Position numbers and translations under genes: made by a program. Source: a virus. From it: DNA of 64,000 nucleotides. The stretch is from IMG/VR virus record IMGVR_UViG_3300044615_001997; one strand, 5' to 3'. Positions 27,967-36,143 of the stretch are shown here, one piece after another. How positions within the stretch are numbered: position 1 is the stretch's first letter; every line of letters begins with the position of its first letter. The notes under the pieces were generated by a model. That model ran no database searches. It was given only the letters and a program-made list of their open reading frames with translations, and was not told where the DNA came from.

Positions 27967-28549
27967 AAAAATTGGTATTGCCGGTGCCGGTGGCATTGGA
28001 TCAAATTTACTGGCTATATTATTTGATTACGGTTTTAATCGTAAGCAATTTGACTATTCTTCTGTGGATGTTGATATATACGATGATGATGTGGTAGATC
28101 TAAAAAATCTACTACATCAAAACTTCAAGATGGAAGATATCAGCAAGTACAAAGTAAAAGTTCTTGAAGATAAATACGTTGTGAAGGGCATCACTAAATT
28201 CATGGATGAAAAAGACTTTAAGAAATATGACGTTATTTTCAGCTGTGTAGACAGTATGGAATTTAGACGTAAGCTCTATAACTATGGCTTTGAAAATAAA
28301 ACCAAGCCGTTTTGGATTGATGGTCGTTGCACTAGTCGTCAAGGGGCTATCTTCAACTCTGATGTTGCTGAAACTGAACTAAAAAAATATATTACCGAAG
28401 ACGATATTCGTGGAGGCTGCCTCCTAAATTACGAGAAAGAACAAAACATAAGCCATACTATCCCGCTTGTAGTGGCAGGAATGATGGTACAAACATTCTT
28501 GAATTTCTTGCGTGGTGAAAAGACCGACAAGAAATTATTTATGGTGTGA
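27953..28549 (+). CDS. E1/ThiF-family ubiquitin-like activating enzyme
   Basis: GAGGIGS, D.D.V..KNL.HQ, CVDS..R, WIDGR, candidate catalytic Cys in RGGCL; no CxxC zinc pairs. Confidence 0.88.
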   Translation: MSKIKKIGIAGAGGIGSNLLAILFDYGFNRKQFDYSSVDVDIYDDDVVDLKNLLHQNFKMEDISKYKVKVLEDKYVVKGITKFMDEKDFKKYDVIFSCVDSMEFRRKLYNYGFENKTKPFWIDGRCTSRQGAIFNSDVAETELKKYITEDDIRGGCLLNYEKEQNISHTIPLVVAGMMVQTFLNFLRGEKTDKKLFMV

Positions 28550-28854
28550 TGATTGCTTATAAATTACTCAAAAAAAGAAAAAATGGAACCATAGGTTCCC
28601 TGTTTATAAACAAGAGAGCTGTTTTGGAAACTGGTAAATGGTTGGTGGCTGAAGACCATAAAACAAATGGCTTCTCCCACCGACCAGGATGGCACTGTAC
28701 AGTTGCTGCTAAGGCACCTCACTTAAAAGAAGAAGGACGTGTGTGGTATAAGGTAGAAGTATCTGGTTATCGCACCTTCAATCGCCCCAAGAGTCAGGGA
28801 GGAAAATGGCTCATTGCAAATAAATTAAGAATATTAACACCATTAGAAAATTAA
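28549..28854 (+). CDS. conserved phage hypothetical protein
   Basis: YKL..RK.G..LFIN, GF.HRPGWHC, APHL, QGG.W motifs. Confidence 0.7.
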   Translation: MIAYKLLKKRKNGTIGSLFINKRAVLETGKWLVAEDHKTNGFSHRPGWHCTVAAKAPHLKEEGRVWYKVEVSGYRTFNRPKSQGGKWLIANKLRILTPLEN

Positions 28855-28855
28855 T

Positions 28856-29599
28856 ATGGGATACACACATTACTGGGAAACTTTAAGAAGTTTTACCGAC
28901 GAAGAATGGGACAGTTTAACAAAAGAAGCCAACCGTATTATAGGGTTGGCTAAAAGTTTAAATATATCATTAGGAGATGCTCTTGGTGATTTTGAGCCTG
29001 TAGTGACTAAGAAAAGAATAGCCTTAAATGGCTATGGTAACGCAGGATGCGAGTCCTTTATTTTAATGAAAAATAAAAGAGAAGCTGCAGACTGGGAAAG
29101 AAAACGTGAAAACGACGCAGTTTTTGATTTCTGCAAAACTCGTCAATTACCGTATGATGCTGTGGTAGTTTCTATATTATTTGCAGCCAATAAAATAGCT
29201 CCGGACGCACTACGTCCAAGTAGCGATGGTGGTGATATATTTGAATCTGCTATAGACATAATGGCAGCTAAAATGTTGAGCGCTGCACCGGTAGAAAAAA
29301 ATTATCACGAAACAAATTGCGAGATTGTGGAAAAAAAGATGCGTGAGACGCTTGACAATATCTGCAATCAACTCGATATTAACTTCATGAAGTTTGGTGT
29401 TTCAGAAGACTTACACAAAGCAATATTGTTAAGATTTAATGATATTTATGAACGTGTAGATTCTTTAACAAGTCTCTTCAAAACATATGACTCGTTTTTC
29501 GAGGTGGCCGATGCGCTGAATACTGAAATTAAAAAAGAATACAAATTATTCAAAAATCTAAATGAACTTACTTTAATAACACAATATGCCAATAATTAA
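28856..29599 (+). CDS. conserved phage hypothetical protein
   Basis: MGYTHYW, FCKT..PYD, SSDG motifs. Confidence 0.7.
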   Translation: MGYTHYWETLRSFTDEEWDSLTKEANRIIGLAKSLNISLGDALGDFEPVVTKKRIALNGYGNAGCESFILMKNKREAADWERKRENDAVFDFCKTRQLPYDAVVVSILFAANKIAPDALRPSSDGGDIFESAIDIMAAKMLSAAPVEKNYHETNCEIVEKKMRETLDNICNQLDINFMKFGVSEDLHKAILLRFNDIYERVDSLTSLFKTYDSFFEVADALNTEIKKEYKLFKNLNELTLITQYANN

Positions 29600-30662
29600 A
29601 CCTAGCCTTAAATTCGAGGGTGCTGAAACAGGTACTACTCAAAATACAACACCATATCTACGTGAAGATGTACGCAAAGTTATCTTTAATAAAAATAACA
29701 ATCAAAACGGAGTTTATCTATACTTTCTCCCACCTTATCGAGCGGATAGCTTGGGTAATGGTGTATGGTACAAAAGCATAGAAATACGCGACAATTTTGG
29801 CGATAAGTACAAAGAAAAATATCTGGTTGTCTCTCGTGAAAATGATCCTGCCGAATATTTTGGAAGAAATTTTAAATTACTCTATCCAGAAGAATCCAAA
29901 CCAGGCACAATTGTAAATAACGGAAAAACATTCAAGAAATATCCGAATTACGGCCGTGTCACTAAGCGTGTGCTTTTCAATGTGGCATATGCTAACAAGC
30001 TCGAAGCAGGCCCACATATCTTGGACCTGCCTCTAGCTAACGGTGCCAGCCAGCTATTTGACTGGCTAAGCAAGACCGATATTGCTGGTAACCCTCGTCC
30101 ACTGGTAAATAATCCAGAGGCAGCGTTCCCAGTATTTCTTCAATTAAAAGATTCTGGTACAAATCCTTGGCAATTGAATGTGGAAGCTAGCCAACCAGCT
30201 ATACTTCCTGAGGCAATCGCCACATCAGATAATCTCTACAACTTAGATGAGATTCTAGTGATTCGTTCCAAAGAAGAAATTATCGGAAAACTCCGTGAAA
30301 TGTATCCTCAACATGTATTCGATGACTGCATGAACGGATATCCTGGGTTAAAAACAGCTAAATCTGCTGGTTTTGGTCCTGGGCCTGTTCAGCCGCAATT
30401 CTCTGCCGCAACTGTTAGTCAGTCTAATACTCCTACATTTTCCGCAGCTACGCCCGTAGCGAAACCAGTTCCAGCAGGAAATATTAATCTTCCTATTCCT
30501 GGCACTGCTCCTGGCGTTGTTCAGGCAGATGTACCGGTTAAAACTTCACTACCTAGCGTTACAACCACAGCACCAATAGACCCTTCGGAACTTCCTCCGA
30601 ATCCTATGGCTGCTATGTCGTCCATGACACGCGAACAAGCTGAGAAGTTCTTGGCATCCTAA
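29586..30662 (+). CDS. putative single-stranded DNA-binding protein
   Basis: gp32-like layout (FLPP, FNV) with Pro/Ala/Thr-rich tail; directly upstream of recA. Confidence 0.5.
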   Translation: MPIIKPSLKFEGAETGTTQNTTPYLREDVRKVIFNKNNNQNGVYLYFLPPYRADSLGNGVWYKSIEIRDNFGDKYKEKYLVVSRENDPAEYFGRNFKLLYPEESKPGTIVNNGKTFKKYPNYGRVTKRVLFNVAYANKLEAGPHILDLPLANGASQLFDWLSKTDIAGNPRPLVNNPEAAFPVFLQLKDSGTNPWQLNVEASQPAILPEAIATSDNLYNLDEILVIRSKEEIIGKLREMYPQHVFDDCMNGYPGLKTAKSAGFGPGPVQPQFSAATVSQSNTPTFSAATPVAKPVPAGNINLPIPGTAPGVVQADVPVKTSLPSVTTTAPIDPSELPPNPMAAMSSMTREQAEKFLAS

Positions 30663-30666
30663 TCCT

Positions 30667-31860
30667 ATGGATTTTGACGCTTATTTAAACAGTATCAAGA
30701 AGGACTTTAATAAAGCCTTCAAAGGTTCTGAGGCATCTCTAGAATTAAACTCTGTAGACAAGGAACTTCCTCCTACAGGTATTACTCTAGATAATCCGCT
30801 CTTGGAATATGCATTTGACCGTAGGTTCATAGCCTACGGTAGGTGCTACCTAATCTATGGTAAAAAGGGTTGTTCAAAAACCACATTGCTGTTTGAATTG
30901 GGCAAAATCTTCCAGAGAGCCGGAGGCAAGATGATCTGGGTGGAGACGGAGAATGCTCCTGACTTTGACTATATGAAACGTCAAGGACTGGACCCTGCTA
31001 ACGTCATTTATCATAATCCCAAATCTTTGGAAGAAGCTCTAACACTGATCAAAACCATGATCGAGAATATACCCAAACACGATCCTGAAGGTAAAACACC
31101 TATCATGATTGCCTTGGACTCGATCGCTGGGGCGGCTTCAGAGTATGAGCGCGACCAAGACATTATCGGCCAAACCAAAGTCGGTGAGCACGCTAAACTT
31201 ATGAGTGGGTTTTATCGCCATATCATTCCATACTTAGAATCCGAAAGAGCTATTCTGGTTGTAACAAATCAACTAAAAGAACAAATCGGAGGCATGATGG
31301 GCTTTGGAACTGAAAAACCCGAAGCTCTGATCGGCGGAGAAGCTCAAAAGTTCAACTCTACATATCAATTCAAAGTAGCCAGAATCACTGACCTACTTGA
31401 AGAAGATCATATGGGAGTTAAGCGTAAATGTGGATCAACGCACTCCCTCACTGTGAAGCGTAACAAGCTGGGCCGTGAGGGTAATAGTCAAAAAATCACC
31501 TTTGATATCTATATTAATGGTGGTATTGATTGGTATTCTCCGTTGGTAAAACATTTAGGTGAAAGCTATACTGCTATAGTCGGAAAGACTGGTGGATGGT
31601 ACACATGGAAAACACCTGACTGTAAAGCCACAATCTTGATTGATGGTGAACCAACAGAAGTCGATATCGATACTTCTAAAAAGTATAGAGACAAAGAATT
31701 AGGATTCTTGATTGCAAATAGCCAAGACGCTAAAGAAGTCTGCCGTAAAGCCTTCGGTATACCTGATATGCCGGATGCTCAAACCACCCAAGCTATTGAA
31801 GCCAAGAACAAGAGTAGGAGAAAGAAAAAATCAGACCTAGAATCGGATCTTGAAGAATAA
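30667..31860 (+). CDS. recA: RecA/UvsX-like recombinase
   Basis: YGKKGCSKTT, ETENA, LDSIA, TNQLKE.IG, GGEAQKF, KRNK, GGWY. Confidence 0.9.
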   Translation: MDFDAYLNSIKKDFNKAFKGSEASLELNSVDKELPPTGITLDNPLLEYAFDRRFIAYGRCYLIYGKKGCSKTTLLFELGKIFQRAGGKMIWVETENAPDFDYMKRQGLDPANVIYHNPKSLEEALTLIKTMIENIPKHDPEGKTPIMIALDSIAGAASEYERDQDIIGQTKVGEHAKLMSGFYRHIIPYLESERAILVVTNQLKEQIGGMMGFGTEKPEALIGGEAQKFNSTYQFKVARITDLLEEDHMGVKRKCGSTHSLTVKRNKLGREGNSQKITFDIYINGGIDWYSPLVKHLGESYTAIVGKTGGWYTWKTPDCKATILIDGEPTEVDIDTSKKYRDKELGFLIANSQDAKEVCRKAFGIPDMPDAQTTQAIEAKNKSRRKKKSDLESDLEE

Positions 31861-32051
31861 TGACTGACTATATGCAAAAACTGGCCGATGTAGCCCAGCT
31901 AATCAAAAAAATGGATTTGCCGGAATACAGAAAATCAGTTAAACATAACACAGACTTAAGATGGTTGAAAAATAACTTACATGTAAAAAATGGTAAGCAC
32001 AAAAACTATCAAAAAGTCATAGACATTATAGATACACTAAGTGTAGGTTAA
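31860..32051 (+). CDS. hypothetical protein
   Basis: 63-aa coupled ORF. Confidence 0.6.
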   Translation: MTDYMQKLADVAQLIKKMDLPEYRKSVKHNTDLRWLKNNLHVKNGKHKNYQKVIDIIDTLSVG

Positions 32052-32061
32052 TATTATTACA

Positions 32062-32087
32062 GGGGCGGAGCAATAGGGCTCCGCCCC
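32062..32087 (+). terminator. stem-loop
   Basis: 10-bp stem GGGGCGGAGC/GCTCCGCCCC, no U tract. Confidence 0.5.
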
Positions 32088-32102
32088 ATAGAACTAAATT
32101 TT

Positions 32103-32603
32103 ATGATATATGTAGGAGTAGACAACGGAACATCTTCAAATGGTATAGGTGTAGTTTCAGACAGCGGTAAAAGCTGGCTGTTTAAAACACCTATTAAAAA
32201 AGAATTGAGCTACACAAAAGTAGCCAAGAAAATATCTCGCATCGATTTTCCAAAGATGCTGGAGACATTTGAAGAAATACAGGACTTGGCAATGGACGAA
32301 GAGATGATTGTGGGTCTTGAACGACCTATGGTGAATCCTGGAAGGTTCTTTGCTTCTATGAGTGCCATGAGAGCCTTGGAGTCTACGTTGATAGTCCTGG
32401 AGTTGAACAGTATTCCATACATATATCTCGATAGTAAAGAATGGCAGCATGTCCTGCTACCAAAAGATTTAAAGAAAGATGACCTTAAAAAAGCCAGCTT
32501 AGATATCGGCAAAAGACTATTTCCTAAGCTCACTTTTAAGGGTGACGCAGACGGAATACTCATTGCTGAATATCTGAGAAGGAAAAATAACAAAAAGTTA
32601 TAA
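32103..32603 (+). CDS. RuvC-like Holliday junction resolvase
   Basis: VGVDNG, LERP, EWQ, ADGILIAEY. Confidence 0.8.
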   Translation: MIYVGVDNGTSSNGIGVVSDSGKSWLFKTPIKKELSYTKVAKKISRIDFPKMLETFEEIQDLAMDEEMIVGLERPMVNPGRFFASMSAMRALESTLIVLELNSIPYIYLDSKEWQHVLLPKDLKKDDLKKASLDIGKRLFPKLTFKGDADGILIAEYLRRKNNKKL

Positions 32604-32755
32604 TGGATAACACAGAAGAAGCAGATTTGCAGTATAAAAAAGAAATACAGAATGTATTAAATTATTTTGTAAAAGAGGGGATGGCTAAGGAAATTTCTCC
32701 AGGAGAATATGTCCTAACTGAGGAAGGTAAAAAAGTATCGGCAATTTCTCTATGA
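32603..32755 (+). CDS. 50-aa winged-helix-like protein (not in ORF track)
   Basis: LNYFVKEG......YVLTEEG; overlaps both neighbours (TAATG, ATGA). Confidence 0.6.
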   Translation: MDNTEEADLQYKKEIQNVLNYFVKEGMAKEISPGEYVLTEEGKKVSAISL

Positions 32756-33504
32756 GTTCATCTAGCCTACTACAACTTGATTTTATAGGAAATTATATAA
32801 ACCATGGAGATCAGACAGAGTTATTCAACGAAAGTCTAGAACCTAACCGCAGAATTAGAAATCCACAATACAGTACAGTAGAAAAGTTTTTCAATGGATT
32901 ATCCCGAGACAAAATTGATAGATACTGTGAATATTGGGATAGTATAAAACCCAGGACAGCATCAGAGATATTCCGACGTTGGCTATTCGCCTTCATGTCG
33001 GTACACACAAGCTGGAAATCTAATGTCGAAGGTTACAACGCCATCAAAGATTGGTGGGAATGGTGCGGAAATTATAAAGCTTTATTAAAAGCAATCGATG
33101 GGAGCCGTGTGGGAATGCAGAATAATCGTGCACGTTATATATCACAATTTGCACAGGAGTTCTGGAAAAACGGCGAGTTTTATGAAAAAGGCGACAGTGA
33201 GACTTGGACAGAGTATCGCAACCGCCTGGAAGAGAAAACATTGGGTCTTGGTCCTGCCAAAACCAGTTTCTCTCTCGAGATGTGCTTTCCTACAGAAGCA
33301 CATGTAACTTGTCTCGATACTCACCTATTTCAGGTTTACGGACTGGATCAATCTCGTGATCTCAGACGTTATGAGGAAATCGAGGCACACTGGCTCGACA
33401 TGAGCCGCATGTGGAATGTCCCTGCCTACGTAGCCCGATGTATCTATTGGGACGAAAAGCAACGTAAAGAGGATAGCCGCTACTGGTCATACGTATTGGA
33501 ATGA
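32752..33504 (+). CDS. HhH-GPD superfamily DNA glycosylase/lyase-like protein
   Basis: HhH GLGPAKTSF, CLDTHL, YEEIE; resembles thermostable 8-oxoG glycosylases. Confidence 0.7.
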   Translation: MSSSSLLQLDFIGNYINHGDQTELFNESLEPNRRIRNPQYSTVEKFFNGLSRDKIDRYCEYWDSIKPRTASEIFRRWLFAFMSVHTSWKSNVEGYNAIKDWWEWCGNYKALLKAIDGSRVGMQNNRARYISQFAQEFWKNGEFYEKGDSETWTEYRNRLEEKTLGLGPAKTSFSLEMCFPTEAHVTCLDTHLFQVYGLDQSRDLRRYEEIEAHWLDMSRMWNVPAYVARCIYWDEKQRKEDSRYWSYVLE

Positions 33505-33541
33505 CCTAGGACGAACCAAGGTTCGGCAACACAAATTTTCT

Positions 33542-33817
33542 ATGAATAACACAATTATACACGAGGTGGCAGGCCTGATCATGACTCTATGTTTCATGTT
33601 CTGCTATATACCTCAAATCATCAAAATATTTAAAAACAAATCTTCTCATGACGTGTCCCTGGGACTGATATTAATGTCGATAGGTGGTTACATCTCCGGC
33701 ATGGTATATCTATTCACTGGGACTTTTGGCCTCTGGTGGTTCATGAACTATTGCGTGGGACTGGTGATGTGCAGTATACTAGTCTGGCAATGGTTTCGTT
33801 ACCGGAGGGATAACTAA
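33542..33817 (+). CDS. PQ-loop / SemiSWEET-like transporter
   Basis: 91 aa, three TM helices, YIPQIIKIFKNKSS.DVS. Confidence 0.8.
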   Translation: MNNTIIHEVAGLIMTLCFMFCYIPQIIKIFKNKSSHDVSLGLILMSIGGYISGMVYLFTGTFGLWWFMNYCVGLVMCSILVWQWFRYRRDN

Positions 33818-33823
33818 AAACTT

Positions 33824-33926
33824 TGTGGTATTGGGGCTATGGCTGCTCGGGGGGAAACCTAACCGAAAGGCTTACCGAGTGAACCCGCCCCGAAATGACC
33901 CGCTTCCCTCCACAAGAAGAGCCACA
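33824..33926 (+). ncRNA. putative structured non-coding RNA
   Basis: GC-rich island with nested helices and two GAAA tetraloops, 7 nt upstream of tRNA-Lys. Confidence 0.5.
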
Positions 33927-33933
33927 CTAACCA

Positions 33934-34005
33934 GGGATGGTAGCTCAATGGTAGAGCAGTACCCTTTTAAGGTATTGGTTCTGGGTTCGAGCCCCAGCCA
34001 TCCCA
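33934..34005 (+). tRNA. trnK: tRNA-Lys(UUU), CCA not encoded
   Basis: GGGATGG/CCATCCC acceptor stem, GCTC/GAGC D arm, loop CTTTTAA, TTCGA T loop. Confidence 0.95.
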
Positions 34006-34020
34006 AACTAAAAAATAACA

Positions 34021-35313
34021 ATGAACATTATATCTGAAAATACACAAGAATTATTCTGCTATCACAAGACACGCTGTAATGCATTAAAAGAAATAGGTGA
34101 AGAAGGCAGAGACCTTTTTATATATTTAGCACATAACGTATTAGAACATCATTCTGATTTTTTAAATTATACTGAAGAGCCTATATTTATAGGTGGTTTA
34201 TTAGATGGATTTAGTGGCAAAGATCAATCAAATATGTGTAAAGCTTTATTAATGGCGTTGCATCAACACGGTTTTTGCGTAGAAAATATGGTTTTAGAAG
34301 AATTTTTATATAGATTACTTTATGCTGACTTTACTTTTGTGTTGGATACCGTATCTCACGCTGAAGATGAAGACAGATTAGAACTTGTTAAACCTTGGGC
34401 TAGATTGTTAGCAATTATAGAAAATAAGCCTGGTTTAATGATTCCGACTGAAGAAGATTGGGATTCGTGTTTTGAACCTGCGTTATTTTGGGATGACGAT
34501 TTTCACTTTTTTAATAGTCTCTATGATTCTGGTTGTTTGGGGTTAAAGGCTATACAAACAATTAAAAAAGAGTTAGAAATTTTTGAAAATTTAGATGTAG
34601 CTAGAATGATAGTCGAACCGGAAGATTTATGGAACGACTATAAATTTGATAAAAAAGACATCAAAGAAGCTAAACTTAATAGTTTGATAAAAAAGAAAAA
34701 ACTAGAATTAACTGAAAATCAAACATCTAAAAATGCTGAAAAAGGATTAAAATATATTTCTCCTTCTTTATACCAAGATAGAGACGACTGGTTTTTTGCT
34801 ATAGTGGCTAAAGGTAAATCTCAAGTTAAAAAAGATTTGAATACACGAGATTTAAAAACAGCTCAAACAAATTTGTTAAAATATGTTGCGTCTTTAGGTA
34901 ATAAATGTAGATCTGAAAAAGAGGAAATTCCTGCAACTAGCTCGCCGCCTAAAATAAAGAAACCTAAAATCTACGAAGGACTGGTTTATTGTATTAAAGA
35001 TCAGTCAGGTAGACTTAAAATAGGTGAAACTTCTAGACACATAGTGAAGCGTTTAAAAGCATTACAAACAAGCAATCCAGATAAATTAGAAATTTGTTTT
35101 ACTATATACGTAGCTAATAGACTAAACGCAGAAAGACAAATTCACCACGAACTTAAAGCATTTAAATTAACTGGCGAATGGTTTAATTGTTCTTTAAATG
35201 AAGCTTTCTGTGCTTTTAAAAAAATAGAAAATGCCAAATGGATTCAAAATGACACCGAATATAAAACAACAACTGAAGAAACAAATAAGGAAGTTGAAGA
35301 TTGGGCGGCGTAA
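34021..35313 (+). CDS. GIY-YIG (T5orf172-type) domain protein
   Basis: C-terminal VYCI...LKIGET..KRLKALQTSNP...AER.IH...GEWF; central integrase-arm-like segment. Confidence 0.75.
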   Translation: MNIISENTQELFCYHKTRCNALKEIGEEGRDLFIYLAHNVLEHHSDFLNYTEEPIFIGGLLDGFSGKDQSNMCKALLMALHQHGFCVENMVLEEFLYRLLYADFTFVLDTVSHAEDEDRLELVKPWARLLAIIENKPGLMIPTEEDWDSCFEPALFWDDDFHFFNSLYDSGCLGLKAIQTIKKELEIFENLDVARMIVEPEDLWNDYKFDKKDIKEAKLNSLIKKKKLELTENQTSKNAEKGLKYISPSLYQDRDDWFFAIVAKGKSQVKKDLNTRDLKTAQTNLLKYVASLGNKCRSEKEEIPATSSPPKIKKPKIYEGLVYCIKDQSGRLKIGETSRHIVKRLKALQTSNPDKLEICFTIYVANRLNAERQIHHELKAFKLTGEWFNCSLNEAFCAFKKIENAKWIQNDTEYKTTTEETNKEVEDWAA

Positions 35314-35668
35314 CGACTACCCTGGCGGTGCCAGCGTATTTGCCTATGTCCAGCTTACCCCCAGATACGGTGTTAAGTTTTATAAACGACGTAAGCTTTG
35401 TGAAGATGCTTTCCTGAGGCAGAAGGCGTCCCACAGTATAGGTTTGGCACCTGAAGCTTACTTCATTGTGAGAAAGGGGTTTAAACTTGGTTACGTAACA
35501 CGCCATGCCGAGACAGAGACTCGTGCAAAGCGAGAAGATGTCCGAGAGATACAGCGTACCTGTGTTTCCATGGGCTGGTGTGCCTCGGATATAGATACCG
35601 ACCAGAACGTAGGATACGTCGACGGACGTTTGGTCCTGATCGACTTTGATGACGCAACCTTAACCTAG
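35249..35668 (+). CDS. minimal protein-kinase-like fold protein
   Basis: YGVKF Lys, GLAP, D.....NVG catalytic loop, LIDFD. Confidence 0.65.
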   Translation: MTPNIKQQLKKQIRKLKIGRRNDYPGGASVFAYVQLTPRYGVKFYKRRKLCEDAFLRQKASHSIGLAPEAYFIVRKGFKLGYVTRHAETETRAKREDVREIQRTCVSMGWCASDIDTDQNVGYVDGRLVLIDFDDATLT

Positions 35669-35674
35669 AAATAT

Positions 35675-36010
35675 ATGGAAGAAAATTACTTCGAAGAACC
35701 CAAACCTTTTGTAGATATAAAGAATCAACCTGTCGTGCCTGGTGATTTTATTATGTATCCCGTCATGACTTTTCTGCGCTGTGCTGTGGTGCAGAATGTT
35801 TTGAGCGACAGTTCACTTACCGTGAAATATGTAAAAGGGAGTTATGCCGTGAACGAAAACGATTTAGTGATAGGTCGCCAAACTGTGAATACGTATGAAC
35901 GTAGTGTTTTAAAAATAAACGAAGACCTGCTTAAATCAATTGTCAACAGAGCAGACTTCGACTACTTTATTAGTTGTAGTAGAGGAGTCGTAGAAAAAAA
36001 TCGTAAATAA
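35675..36010 (+). CDS. hypothetical protein
   Basis: 111-aa ORF. Confidence 0.6.
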   Translation: MEENYFEEPKPFVDIKNQPVVPGDFIMYPVMTFLRCAVVQNVLSDSSLTVKYVKGSYAVNENDLVIGRQTVNTYERSVLKINEDLLKSIVNRADFDYFISCSRGVVEKNRK

Positions 36011-36015
36011 TGCAT

Positions 36016-36089
36016 GCGGGATTAGTTTAGTGGTAAAACCCCTGTCTTCCAAACAGGAGATGTCGGTTCGATTCCGTCATCCCGCTCCA
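36016..36089 (+). tRNA. trnG: tRNA-Gly(UCC) with encoded CCA
   Basis: GCGGGAT/ATCCCGC acceptor stem, CCTGT-CTTCCAA-ACAGG anticodon arm, U73 discriminator, one U-U mismatch in T stem. Confidence 0.93.
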
Positions 36090-36143
36090 AATGTCAACTA
36101 CAGTCGACATTAATCCAGTTAATGTCTTAGGAAGTTTACAAAA

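Noticed and set aside
24398-28549. ThiS/ThiF or MoaD/MoeB cofactor biosynthesis operon
   Set aside because: No thiG, moaE, desulfurase or rhodanese in the window and the E1 lacks zinc CxxC pairs. Not fully excluded, since host partners could be used.
33825-34037. 70-aa ORF in the track
   Set aside because: It runs through tRNA-Lys and the GC-rich structured region; likely open only because of high GC.
34021-35313. Integrase or prophage attachment site at tRNA-Lys
   Set aside because: No tyrosine or serine recombinase catalytic motifs and no duplicated tRNA 3' end seen.
36090-36143. Theta/HDV-like ribozyme after tRNA-Gly
   Set aside because: No nested double-pseudoknot pairing could be built; only simple AT-rich hairpins.
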